Source: a virus (taxonomy: Duplodnaviria; Caudoviricetes). Taken from it: a stretch of 32,161 bases of DNA. The translations under genes were made by a program, and so were the position numbers. Position 1 is the stretch's first letter. Each line of letters starts with the position of its first letter. This document shows positions 1-8,141 of this stretch, piece by piece. Below the pieces are notes generated by a model. It saw only the letters and a program-made list of their open reading frames with translations. It was not told the origin of the DNA and ran no database searches. The stretch lies in IMG/VR virus record IMGVR_UViG_3300025779_000010, positions 1 to 32,161 of that record, one strand, 5' to 3'.

Positions 1-143
1 TCCATATTAATTTTTGTAACTACAGAAATTAATGTTGATTTAATAATGTCAAATATATTTGACAATTTACTTTTAATAATAAGATAAATAGCTTCTAATT
101 TTACAGTTGCGATATACAAATAAGGTTTAATCTTTTGCCACAT
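1..143 (-). CDS. Partial ORF downstream of endolysin (runs off window); possible spanin or other lysis accessory protein
   Basis: Not in ORF track. ATG at 143 preceded by AAGGA, open to window edge: MWQKIKPYLYIATVKLEAIYLIIKSKLSNIFDIIKSTLISVVTKINM. Function guessed from position only. Confidence 0.5.
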   Translation of the reverse strand, partial: MWQKIKPYLYIATVKLEAIYLIIKSKLSNIFDIIKSTLISVVTKINM

Positions 144-144
144 A

Positions 145-618
145 TTAATTATCCTTTAAACAAAGTTGACGTTCTGATTCTCGTCTTTTATAAATACCAT
201 AACATTTATTAGATTTAATCTTACAATCTTTTCCGCCTACAAAAGTCCAGCGTTTAAATTCATTACACGCCCCAATTAAATCGCCTTCATTTGCTTTTTT
301 AACAATAGTGGAATTACAAAATGAATAAGAGCCTACATTGTATGCAAGGCTTACAAAAGCATCATATTGATTTTGTGTAATGCGTGACGTTACACATGAT
401 GAAACAGCTTTACCAGATTCAGAAGTGTTTTGTTTTAAATCTTCTAAGGCTTTAGTTACTGTGACATTTTGATTGGGAGTGATTGAGGCGTTACCAAATC
501 CGTTTGTAATAACGCCTTTTGTATCTTTGTATGGAACTGGACTATAACTTTCCTGAGCTGCTAGAAAAATAAGCCCACTTGCAGATAATGATAAAAGAGC
601 TGCTTGCCATTTATCCAT
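145..618 (-). CDS. SAR endolysin, T4-lysozyme-like (GH24)
   Basis: E-x8-D-x5-T catalytic triad (QESYSPVPYKDTKGVIT), QNQYDAFVSLAYNVG and RRESER motifs, weakly hydrophobic Ala/Ser/Leu-rich N-terminal segment. Confidence 0.93.
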   Translation of the reverse strand: MDKWQAALLSLSASGLIFLAAQESYSPVPYKDTKGVITNGFGNASITPNQNVTVTKALEDLKQNTSESGKAVSSCVTSRITQNQYDAFVSLAYNVGSYSFCNSTIVKKANEGDLIGACNEFKRWTFVGGKDCKIKSNKCYGIYKRRESERQLCLKDN

Positions 619-889
619 TATCTTGGTCTATATCAGGTTCTTCTAACACGCTAATTTTTCCAGTTTTTAAAGCATCTGTTTCTGCATCAGTACGTTTTAC
701 TAAAAGCATATAACTTTTATGTTTGTAATACCAATTGATAAAGAAACCAAATACAGCAACAATTATGCCGATAATTACACCGATTTCATTAAGTGCAAGA
801 CCGCAAATTATGCTACCCGTTGCACCTGAATATTGAATGGCATTACCAGCTTGAGCAGCTTTATCTGTAAAATCATCGTGCTGTACCAT
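611..889 (-). CDS. Holin (pinholin/HP1-like)
   Basis: Small protein with TM segment IGVIIGIIVAVFGFFINWYYK followed by basic residues; overlaps endolysin start. Confidence 0.85.
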   Translation of the reverse strand: MVQHDDFTDKAAQAGNAIQYSGATGSIICGLALNEIGVIIGIIVAVFGFFINWYYKHKSYMLLVKRTDAETDALKTGKISVLEEPDIDQDNG

Positions 890-891
890 GA

Positions 892-1089
892 CTAACCTTT
901 CTTAGATTTTGTCAGGATATCGGCTTGAACTTCTACAGCCTCTTGAGTTTCCAATGCTTGAATTTCAGCTTGGATTTCTTCTATTTTAATATCAACTTGA
1001 GGAGTAAAAGCATCAGTAGGAATTTGGTCTAAAGGCGTTACATTAGTATCAAATTCAGTATTTAATGATGGTGAAAATAAAATTGTCAT
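892..1089 (-). CDS. Small hypothetical protein; N-terminus resembles tail fibre assembly proteins
   Basis: 65 aa ORF packed between neighbours; LFSPS...FD...IPTDA pattern recalled from fibre assembly proteins. Confidence 0.55.
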   Translation of the reverse strand: MTILFSPSLNTEFDTNVTPLDQIPTDAFTPQVDIKIEEIQAEIQALETQEAVEVQADILTKSKKG

Positions 1090-1100
1090 GTCATAGCCCT

Positions 1101-1460
1101 TTAAACTTTAGTCCAAACTTCTGTTGGTAGCGTTGGAAATGTAATATTACCAGCTACAGGATAAACTGCATATTGTCTTACTGCATTACGATAAGCAGTA
1201 AAATCAGCTCCATTAGATAAATATGGATTTGATTTTGTAGGGTCTGTTACATCTGCAATTGTAGTCCAATCAGTAGCACTTAATAATGCCGATGCTGTTA
1301 CTTTATTATCATTCGCAGTAGGAATGTAAGGAACTGGCGGAAAAGGATAAGAATTTGTTACATTCACCCATCCAGCAGCAATAGCTTCATTAATTAATTC
1401 TTGTTGTGTTTCAGGGTCGTAAGCATAAACCGATTCATTTGGAGCTTGATAATATACCAT
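1101..1460 (-). CDS. Tail fibre assembly chaperone-like protein
   Basis: Follows tail fibre; LLSATDWT...YRNAVR...FPTLP pattern typical of fibre chaperones; AAGGA RBS. Confidence 0.75.
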   Translation of the reverse strand: MVYYQAPNESVYAYDPETQQELINEAIAAGWVNVTNSYPFPPVPYIPTANDNKVTASALLSATDWTTIADVTDPTKSNPYLSNGADFTAYRNAVRQYAVYPVAGNITFPTLPTEVWTKV

Positions 1461-1469
1461 TTTTTTTCC

Positions 1470-2588
1470 TTATCTTAATTCCCACCAATAATCAATACTT
1501 GAACTACTATAAGTATTAAGATTTTGTAATGTTATTTCATAAGTAGAACCATTTGGAACTATAAAACTTGTTGTAAAAGAAGTTGAAAAAGCTGAATTTG
1601 ATTCAAAATGATACATATCAGCAACTTGAGTACCATTTATAAATACATTTGCTTGACTTGCTCCATTTTGACCGCCAAGATGAATTGATATATATACAAA
1701 TATTGGATTTCCAGTTGAATTTGTATATACAGTTCCAGCTACTCTACTTGAAGTTACATTAGTCCAAGTTTGTGCTGAAAGTCCTAAATTATTACTTGTA
1801 TAATTTGAAGGATTAGTTGCGTTGTATGGAGTAAATCCAAGAGCTGAAGTTACATCAGTCGAATTAAGTGTAATTGCCCCTGTACGAGTGTTAAAACTTG
1901 TTACTGAAGAAGCATTGGCATAATAAATATTAGTACCATCACCCCAACAATATTGTGATGAACCTTGAGCAATTGTTACGCCAGTACCTGAAGGTGTTTT
2001 AACTGTTAAAGTAAAAGCACCTGTAGTCTGATTAGAAAAAATCCATTGGCCAACTTGTGCAGGGATATTAACTGTAGCATTAGCTGTCAATGTTCCAGTA
2101 AGTGTAATAATAGGATATGCAGATTGAAGTTGAGTTAGAGTGGCTGTATTACTTACTACAGCAACAGACTGCAACCCTTCAAATGCAAGAGAAACCCATC
2201 CAGCACCGCCAGTATCAGGATTGGTAGTATTATTTTCTGCCGAACTTACCCACAATCCATTAAATGAGCTACTTTGTAGCACAGCACCTTTAGGATAACC
2301 GCCAATAGCCGTAGAAAATGTAGAATCATAAGGAAAAAACCCACCTGCTTCTTGCCATTGTTGAATAGCAGTAATCTCATATAAAATGCCATTCATATCA
2401 CCACCAAAAGGCGGAACACCGCCTGAACCAATAGGCGTAAATGTTAATGGAGGAAATCCATCAGTTAATGATGCTTTGCCGTTAGTAATACCAATTTGTG
2501 ACGAAGTGGGAATACTATATTTATATGTTGAACTTGCTGAGTTAGCAAAAGGTAATGGAATCTTTGAAGGTATATTGGTACTTTGCAT
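1470..2588 (-). CDS. Tail fibre protein
   Basis: Baseplate-attachment N-terminus (PLPFA...GFPPLT...GGVPP..DMNGIL...IGGYPKGA), T/S/G-rich shaft, C-terminal QTWTNVTSSR..GTVYTNSTGNPI domain. Confidence 0.9.
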   Translation of the reverse strand: MQSTNIPSKIPLPFANSASSTYKYSIPTSSQIGITNGKASLTDGFPPLTFTPIGSGGVPPFGGDMNGILYEITAIQQWQEAGGFFPYDSTFSTAIGGYPKGAVLQSSSFNGLWVSSAENNTTNPDTGGAGWVSLAFEGLQSVAVVSNTATLTQLQSAYPIITLTGTLTANATVNIPAQVGQWIFSNQTTGAFTLTVKTPSGTGVTIAQGSSQYCWGDGTNIYYANASSVTSFNTRTGAITLNSTDVTSALGFTPYNATNPSNYTSNNLGLSAQTWTNVTSSRVAGTVYTNSTGNPIFVYISIHLGGQNGASQANVFINGTQVADMYHFESNSAFSTSFTTSFIVPNGSTYEITLQNLNTYSSSSIDYWWELR

Positions 2589-2599
2589 TTTTTATCCTA

Positions 2600-3196
2600 T
2601 TAATATGTTAATGATACGCTAACGCCAGCAGGTCTAGGAAATACGCCCGAATTATTAATAATGGCGATTTGAACGGCACTTGGTACAAATGTTAAATGAT
2701 ATTGAAATGCCATACCACCTGAATCAATTACATAAGCTGCACCGTAAGGATTTACGCCATCACTTGTTCCAAATTCAGCTTGCAATAAAGCATTGATAGA
2801 AGGAATAGATAAATTAGAAATATTTGCAGCAGCTTTAACTAAAATCAATCTACGATATTGAGCATCAGACAAAGCATAAGTTGTTGTTGATGTAGCTCCC
2901 AAATAAAATGGAGCTTGATTAAAAGGCTGTGCGCCTGTCGATAAAGTAGGTGTAGTAACTGATTCATCAAAACCAAAATAATTTGACGCATTAATTTGTA
3001 AATAGCGTGATACACCTACAATTTGTCCCCAAATATCTAACCCGTTTCCTACCGCAGTTGCAACGTTCCAAATTTGAGTATAAAAATTTGCAATATCAAC
3101 TGAAGGGTCTATTGCATCATTAAATGATTGTAATATACCAACCAATGTTGGCGAATCAACATATTGACTTAATAAGGTTTCGTTCCAATTTATCAT
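2600..3196 (-). CDS. Baseplate wedge protein (DUF2612-like)
   Basis: SQY..SP, TAVGNGLDIWGQIVGVSR, LSDAQYR, PRPAGV motifs; follows baseplate J. Confidence 0.88.
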   Translation of the reverse strand: MINWNETLLSQYVDSPTLVGILQSFNDAIDPSVDIANFYTQIWNVATAVGNGLDIWGQIVGVSRYLQINASNYFGFDESVTTPTLSTGAQPFNQAPFYLGATSTTTYALSDAQYRRLILVKAAANISNLSIPSINALLQAEFGTSDGVNPYGAAYVIDSGGMAFQYHLTFVPSAVQIAIINNSGVFPRPAGVSVSLTY

Positions 3197-4401
3197 GCTA
3201 ATGTCACTGCTATATTAGATGCTGTTAATGTTGGAACTTGGTCAATGCCAAGTGATACTGACAATGTGCTAGGACTAGCACTTGCTCCTAAATAAACTTC
3301 AATTACGTTTACATTAGGATTAATAGCATTGATATTAGCGTAATAACGACCTGAATAAGAAGTAGAACCAATTGTTACAGCAGTTCCGCCATCTTGCCCA
3401 TTAAAGGACTGAATAACAGCAGCTTGAACCAATTGAATAATATTAGATGGCAGCAAAGCACTATTTTTAATTTGCACAGCAAAATAAATAGGAGTAGAAG
3501 TTGGAGTAAGCCAAGTTACTGTATAAGCTGGTGGAGTTGAATAAGTTGTATCATAAACTGTGTATGATGTATTTCCGTTATAACTTGTTCCAGGAGGTTT
3601 TTTACTCCAAATTGCTTGAGCAATTGCTGAAGCAGAACCACCAGCTACGGATACCGTAATAGAATGAGCAGCCATTGAATAATTGGTGCTGCCATAAGTA
3701 ATTGTGCTTCCTGTAGGATTATCTACTACCAAACACCCAATAACATTAGGAACTTGAGTTACAGCAGCATAAATAGAGCTAAGAGAATTTACTGAATTAC
3801 CAGCTACAGAAGCAGACCTACGAGCTTCAAATGCAGCTCTTGATTCTACAAGATTACCAAGTGTTCCAGCAGTAGGATTAGTAATTGTATTCCATCCTGC
3901 AATTGCAGTATAAATTGTATTTAATGCGCCAGCAGCACAAGCAATTGCGCCTTGAGTTTGATTTTGAAATTGAATAGTGACTGTACCCGTAGATGGTATA
4001 GTTGCCGTAGCTGTAGATGAATATAAATAACCGCTAGTATCTTGCGCTACAGAACCAGCAGGAATAATAGTACCAACAGCACCTGTGCAATTACAAGATA
4101 CCACTGTACCAGCTCCGGGGATTCTAGTAATAAAATAAATTTCACCGATAGCATCTTGCCATATTCCTGAAGCCATTGATGGATTAACTTGATTTGCAAT
4201 ATAAGCAATTTCATTATTTTTCTCACCAATAATAGCCGTTTCAGATTGTGCAATTTGACCTTGAGGAGTTTGTAGTGATGGATTTACGCCACCACCAAAA
4301 GCAGCATTAATATCGGCTTGAACTCCTGCTAAAATATCTGTTTCAGCAGGTAATACTGGACTGCCATTTACCCAAGTTATTTGTGGGACATTAGTTGTCA
4401 T
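3193..4401 (-). CDS. Baseplate J-like wedge protein
   Basis: TPQGQ, GIWQDAIG, ESRAAFEARR motifs; size and synteny. Confidence 0.9.
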   Translation of the reverse strand: MTTNVPQITWVNGSPVLPAETDILAGVQADINAAFGGGVNPSLQTPQGQIAQSETAIIGEKNNEIAYIANQVNPSMASGIWQDAIGEIYFITRIPGAGTVVSCNCTGAVGTIIPAGSVAQDTSGYLYSSTATATIPSTGTVTIQFQNQTQGAIACAAGALNTIYTAIAGWNTITNPTAGTLGNLVESRAAFEARRSASVAGNSVNSLSSIYAAVTQVPNVIGCLVVDNPTGSTITYGSTNYSMAAHSITVSVAGGSASAIAQAIWSKKPPGTSYNGNTSYTVYDTTYSTPPAYTVTWLTPTSTPIYFAVQIKNSALLPSNIIQLVQAAVIQSFNGQDGGTAVTIGSTSYSGRYYANINAINPNVNVIEVYLGASASPSTLSVSLGIDQVPTLTASNIAVTLA

Positions 4402-4406
4402 ATAGT

Positions 4407-4772
4407 TTATCCAAAGGCTACGTTGTTAATTACACCATCTGTGTCAATAATTTGTATTTCACCTGACAAAACACGATTAGTAAAAGATGTAAATGTTACT
4501 TTAGTTTTTGAAACATTAGGAATAGTAAATGCAGCTTCAGTAATTTTTTGGTCAAAAAATTGTAAAGGTGGAAATTTACCTAAAATATTTTGCCAATATG
4601 GAAGCCCTAAAGAATTATCATACCAACACTCACCGACAAACGTTCTAACGGCAGAAGCAACATCTTGAGCAATAGAATAAGGCGCATTAGCAAGAGCAAT
4701 ATTTCCGTTTACATCAAGCACAATATCCCATTGTGACTGGTCAAGCAATAATGTATTTTGAATAATACTCAT
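4407..4772 (-). CDS. Baseplate wedge/sheath initiator (gp25/Mu gp46-like)
   Basis: WDIVLD..GNIA, AQDVASAVRTFVGECWYDNSLGLPY; ATG overlaps HNH stop (TAATG at 4774-4770). Confidence 0.85.
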   Translation of the reverse strand: MSIIQNTLLLDQSQWDIVLDVNGNIALANAPYSIAQDVASAVRTFVGECWYDNSLGLPYWQNILGKFPPLQFFDQKITEAAFTIPNVSKTKVTFTSFTNRVLSGEIQIIDTDGVINNVAFG

Positions 4773-5278
4773 TATGCAGCCCTTGCAAATTCACCATGAT
4801 ATTTTTCTCTAACTTCATTTGCTACTAATTCAGCCAATTCAAAATCATCAAAATATCCTATATGTTTACTTTTTTTATTAATTCCAATTTGAACTTTCCA
4901 TTTATTTTTTGGTTTAAACCAATAAACACATTTTGCGCCCGTTGTATTATGTTTTGGCTTTTTCATATTGTAATTATTTTCTGTTTGAGTAGCTTCTCTC
5001 AAATTTTCAATTCTATTATCTGTTGTATCGCCATTTACATGGTCAATACATTTAGGACAATATCCATAATGCAATATAAAAATTAATCGGTGAGCGTAGT
5101 GCATTTTTTTGTTTATTCTTATTCTGCAATATCCATTGCCATTATCAGAACCAGCCTGTTGTCCTTTTTGCGCTCTTGAATTAACAGTTTTTTTCCAAAA
5201 TAGCTTGCCTTCATTATAATCAAATAAAGAATTAATTATTGATTGGTCAAGTAATAGAGTATTTTGAATTATTGTCAT
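4772..5278 (-). mobile_element. Free-standing HNH homing endonuclease with C-terminal AP2-like domain, fused to a duplicate of the baseplate gene's first 13 codons
   Basis: YAHRLIF...IDHVNGDTTDNRIENLR HNH core; TGAKCVYW...KWKVQI...IGYFDD AP2-like region; N-terminus MTIIQNTLLLDQS versus neighbour MSIIQNTLLLDQS. Confidence 0.92.
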
Positions 5279-5286
5279 ATATCACC

Positions 5287-5982
5287 TTACATTGAATTGC
5301 TTGGAGTTCCAGTATTTCCACCTTGTGGGTCAGAATGAGTATGGCTATTGTATAGACTACGCATTTGAGCCATTGTGTGAGTATTGGTCGCAGAATTGTC
5401 TATAATATCGCCACTTACCTTTAAAAGAGGAGTGTTCATTGTAACATTAGTTGACGAATTTACGATTGCCGTTGGCGCATTTATCGTTACGTTTGTTGGC
5501 GAAGTAATTGTTATTCCTGAACTATTAAATTGAACATATTGCGTAGGTGCTGCACCAATAATAGTCATCAAATAAACCATGTCGGACATATCATGTTTAC
5601 GATTTGAACCAGGGGCTGATACTTTGCTTGAGTTTTGAACTGTTGATATATCTCGGTCACAAACAGAAGCTATTCCAATATCACCAACAACAGGGTCTAA
5701 AATAATTCCGTTAGCTCCGCCTTGTATTCTCATATAAGGTACGTTATGAATAATTCCATGCGCCCAAATCTGACCTGAGCCATCTACTGAGCTAACCATT
5801 GGTTGAACATCTACAGTTCCAATAGGTGAAACTCCACCTGCGTTAGTCACAGAAATTACTTGAACAGGCATTGACGTTCTAACTCCTGACAATGCTGTCT
5901 TGATAATTAATTGTAATCGACCAATTTCAGAAGCATTATCTGCTGAAACGTAATTGGTTTGATAATTAGTTGTTTGCGACAT
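5287..5982 (-). CDS. Baseplate central spike (gp138/gpV-like)
   Basis: OB-fold-like N-terminus (VDVQP, P..GDIG...CDRDIS, RKHDMSD), beta-repeat C-terminus ending in HTH metal-binding motif (SHTH). Confidence 0.88.
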   Translation of the reverse strand: MSQTTNYQTNYVSADNASEIGRLQLIIKTALSGVRTSMPVQVISVTNAGGVSPIGTVDVQPMVSSVDGSGQIWAHGIIHNVPYMRIQGGANGIILDPVVGDIGIASVCDRDISTVQNSSKVSAPGSNRKHDMSDMVYLMTIIGAAPTQYVQFNSSGITITSPTNVTINAPTAIVNSSTNVTMNTPLLKVSGDIIDNSATNTHTMAQMRSLYNSHTHSDPQGGNTGTPSNSM

Positions 5983-6820
5983 AAGGTGGTGGAGCTAATG
6001 TAGTTGTTGTGAACCATGGACCATCGGGCGTTAATGTGCTAATTTCATGAGCAACGCTTTGTATTGCAAATGTTCCGTTCGCTTTAGGAAGTGAAGTTGT
6101 TATTTTCATTTGCCTTCCATTAAGAATTTGTGGATTAAATTCAGATTTTATTACAAATCCTGATTCCCAATAAGATGGATAACCAACCATTCCTGTTTGC
6201 GGACTCATATCAATAATCATATCATCTCTAAATCCGTTATTTGGAAATATAATTATTGTATTATTTTCAATAACAATTGGTATGCTTGCTGCTAAAGCAA
6301 CTTGACGCATTTGGTCAACAGCAGAGCCATATACATATTGATTTTGTAAAATTGCGTGTGCGCCATTATTTTGAAAATTTAACCCACATGATTTTGCTAA
6401 ATTTGCAATAATAACTTCTGCACTTTTTGCACCTTGATAAGTATTTGAAGCTACAGGAGTTCCTTTTTGCAAATATCCAGCAACTGCAGCACAATTAAAA
6501 GATATGTTTGGCATATTGCTTAAATCAATATAACTAGACATTAAATTGCCTTGAAAAACTTGCGACAATGCAATATCACCTTGATTCCCAGCACTTACTG
6601 TAATTGATTGTTGTTGAACAGCAACTTGATTAGTGCCAATACTTGAATATTCATTCATTTGAGCCAATGTCATGCCGTAAACTTTTAACTGCAATTGACC
6701 AAATGCCATTGAACCGCCTGGATTAACAATAGTTGCAGAACATCTCAACCCTTTTAAATTCACAACTTGTGAATTAACTCCACTAAATTGTAAATCAATT
6801 TGTCTAACAGCAAATGTCAT
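5966..6820 (-). CDS. Baseplate hub protein
   Basis: LKVYGMT, SPQTGMVGYP motifs; synteny upstream of spike. Confidence 0.8.
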   Translation of the reverse strand: MTFAVRQIDLQFSGVNSQVVNLKGLRCSATIVNPGGSMAFGQLQLKVYGMTLAQMNEYSSIGTNQVAVQQQSITVSAGNQGDIALSQVFQGNLMSSYIDLSNMPNISFNCAAVAGYLQKGTPVASNTYQGAKSAEVIIANLAKSCGLNFQNNGAHAILQNQYVYGSAVDQMRQVALAASIPIVIENNTIIIFPNNGFRDDMIIDMSPQTGMVGYPSYWESGFVIKSEFNPQILNGRQMKITTSLPKANGTFAIQSVAHEISTLTPDGPWFTTTTLAPPPYVANN

Positions 6821-7107
6821 GATGAATATACCAAAATAAATCTAGTACCAAATCCTGTGTAATAAGGGTCATCTGTGCCTTGAGTATCTACAAAAAACAA
6901 TTGACCAATAAATCCTAAATAAGATTCTCTTATTAAAGCAACTCTATCTAAACATAGCATTGTATTTAAAATTTGAGTTCCAGCCACGTTCAAATCTAAA
7001 TATAATCCCGTGCTTTTTTGATAAACATTAATTGTGCATTGTTGAGTGCCAAGCTGAATAGTTAATGTTTGAGATGGAACTTGTGAAAGAGCAATAGATT
7101 GGTTCAT
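6817..7107 (-). CDS. Small baseplate protein
   Basis: P.QTL.IQL..Q, YLGFIGQLFFVDTQG..DP; conserved position between tube initiator and hub. Confidence 0.7.
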   Translation of the reverse strand: MNQSIALSQVPSQTLTIQLGTQQCTINVYQKSTGLYLDLNVAGTQILNTMLCLDRVALIRESYLGFIGQLFFVDTQGTDDPYYTGFGTRFILVYSS

Positions 7108-8141
7108 TGTATAACTCTTTCGCTTAATGAAATTAAATTACCAATACCATTTGTTGTTGATTGAATTGCTTTAACAGAATTTAATAAAGGCACATTATTG
7201 TAATTTTCTAAAATAGCCATACCATTTGTAATTTTATTAATATCTCTAGTTATACAACCTATAGCATTAATATTAGCATTTATATTTAAAGGAACTCCAT
7301 TTAATAATCCACCAATATTAGGACTAATTGAACTTATCTCAGAAGAAAGTTGTGATGATAGTTGTGTTGCTTGTGTAGATAAATTGCTTAAAGGATTTAA
7401 TTGTCCTGATAATACCGAAGTTAATGGTGATGTTGTAGAAGTTAATGTGCTTTGAACATTTGATAAAGAACTATTCAATCCCGTTATACTAGGTAAATTA
7501 TCAGTTACAGAAGATAGAAAATCTTGTGGACTAACAATTTGAGCTTCCTGTGTTGCATCTAAATTTACTGGAGAAGTTTGCCCGTTATTTTGAACATAAG
7601 CTCCACTTGGCTCTGTAGTTGTTGGAATTGAAGATTGAGCAATTTTAACTTCTTGAAATGATAAAGCGACAATTAATAAAGAAACGCCTTGTTTTGATTC
7701 TCTACGATAATCATAATGAATTAAATTACAATTATTATAAGTTGCATTAGGCGTTATAACATTAACTAATGTCAAAGAACTAATTAAATTTTCTATTGCA
7801 TTTAAAAAATCTTCTTTAGTCATTTGACCTTTTCCGTTACATGAAACTGTAACTTTTACATCAAAAGGCAATGCGACTTTATTGTAACTTGCAAAACTAC
7901 CGCCTTCTACTGGGTAATTTGGAATTTTACGTTCTTCACGATATTCAAAATCAACAAATGAATCAGGTACAATTGGAACTTCACCGCTATCTAATACAAA
8001 TCCCCATTGTGTTAATAATGGTGGCAGTGGATTTGTTACGCTAGTTGTTTGAGTGGGTGCTAAAGTAGGAAAACTTGGTGAACGTGGAATTGCAGGAACT
8101 CCTGGCAAATTAGGCACATCAGGAAAATTAATTAATGACAT
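7104..8141 (-). CDS. Tail tube initiator/Dit-like baseplate protein with low-complexity C-terminal extension
   Basis: YPVEGGSFASYNKV..P motif directly after tape measure; last ~140 aa are S/L/N/T-rich. Confidence 0.78.
   Translation of the reverse strand: MSLINFPDVPNLPGVPAIPRSPSFPTLAPTQTTSVTNPLPPLLTQWGFVLDSGEVPIVPDSFVDFEYREERKIPNYPVEGGSFASYNKVALPFDVKVTVSCNGKGQMTKEDFLNAIENLISSLTLVNVITPNATYNNCNLIHYDYRRESKQGVSLLIVALSFQEVKIAQSSIPTTTEPSGAYVQNNGQTSPVNLDATQEAQIVSPQDFLSSVTDNLPSITGLNSSLSNVQSTLTSTTSPLTSVLSGQLNPLSNLSTQATQLSSQLSSEISSISPNIGGLLNGVPLNINANINAIGCITRDINKITNGMAILENYNNVPLLNSVKAIQSTTNGIGNLISLSERVIQ

Noticed and set aside
1470-2588. Diversity-generating retroelement or invertible cassette acting on the tail fibre
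   Set aside because: No template/variable repeat pair, reverse transcriptase, invertase or inverted crossover sites seen in the window.
4772-5278. Intein or intron explanation for the HNH-AP2 gene
   Set aside because: No intein splice residues or flanking RNA structure; the ORF ends in a stop and the baseplate gene restarts complete.
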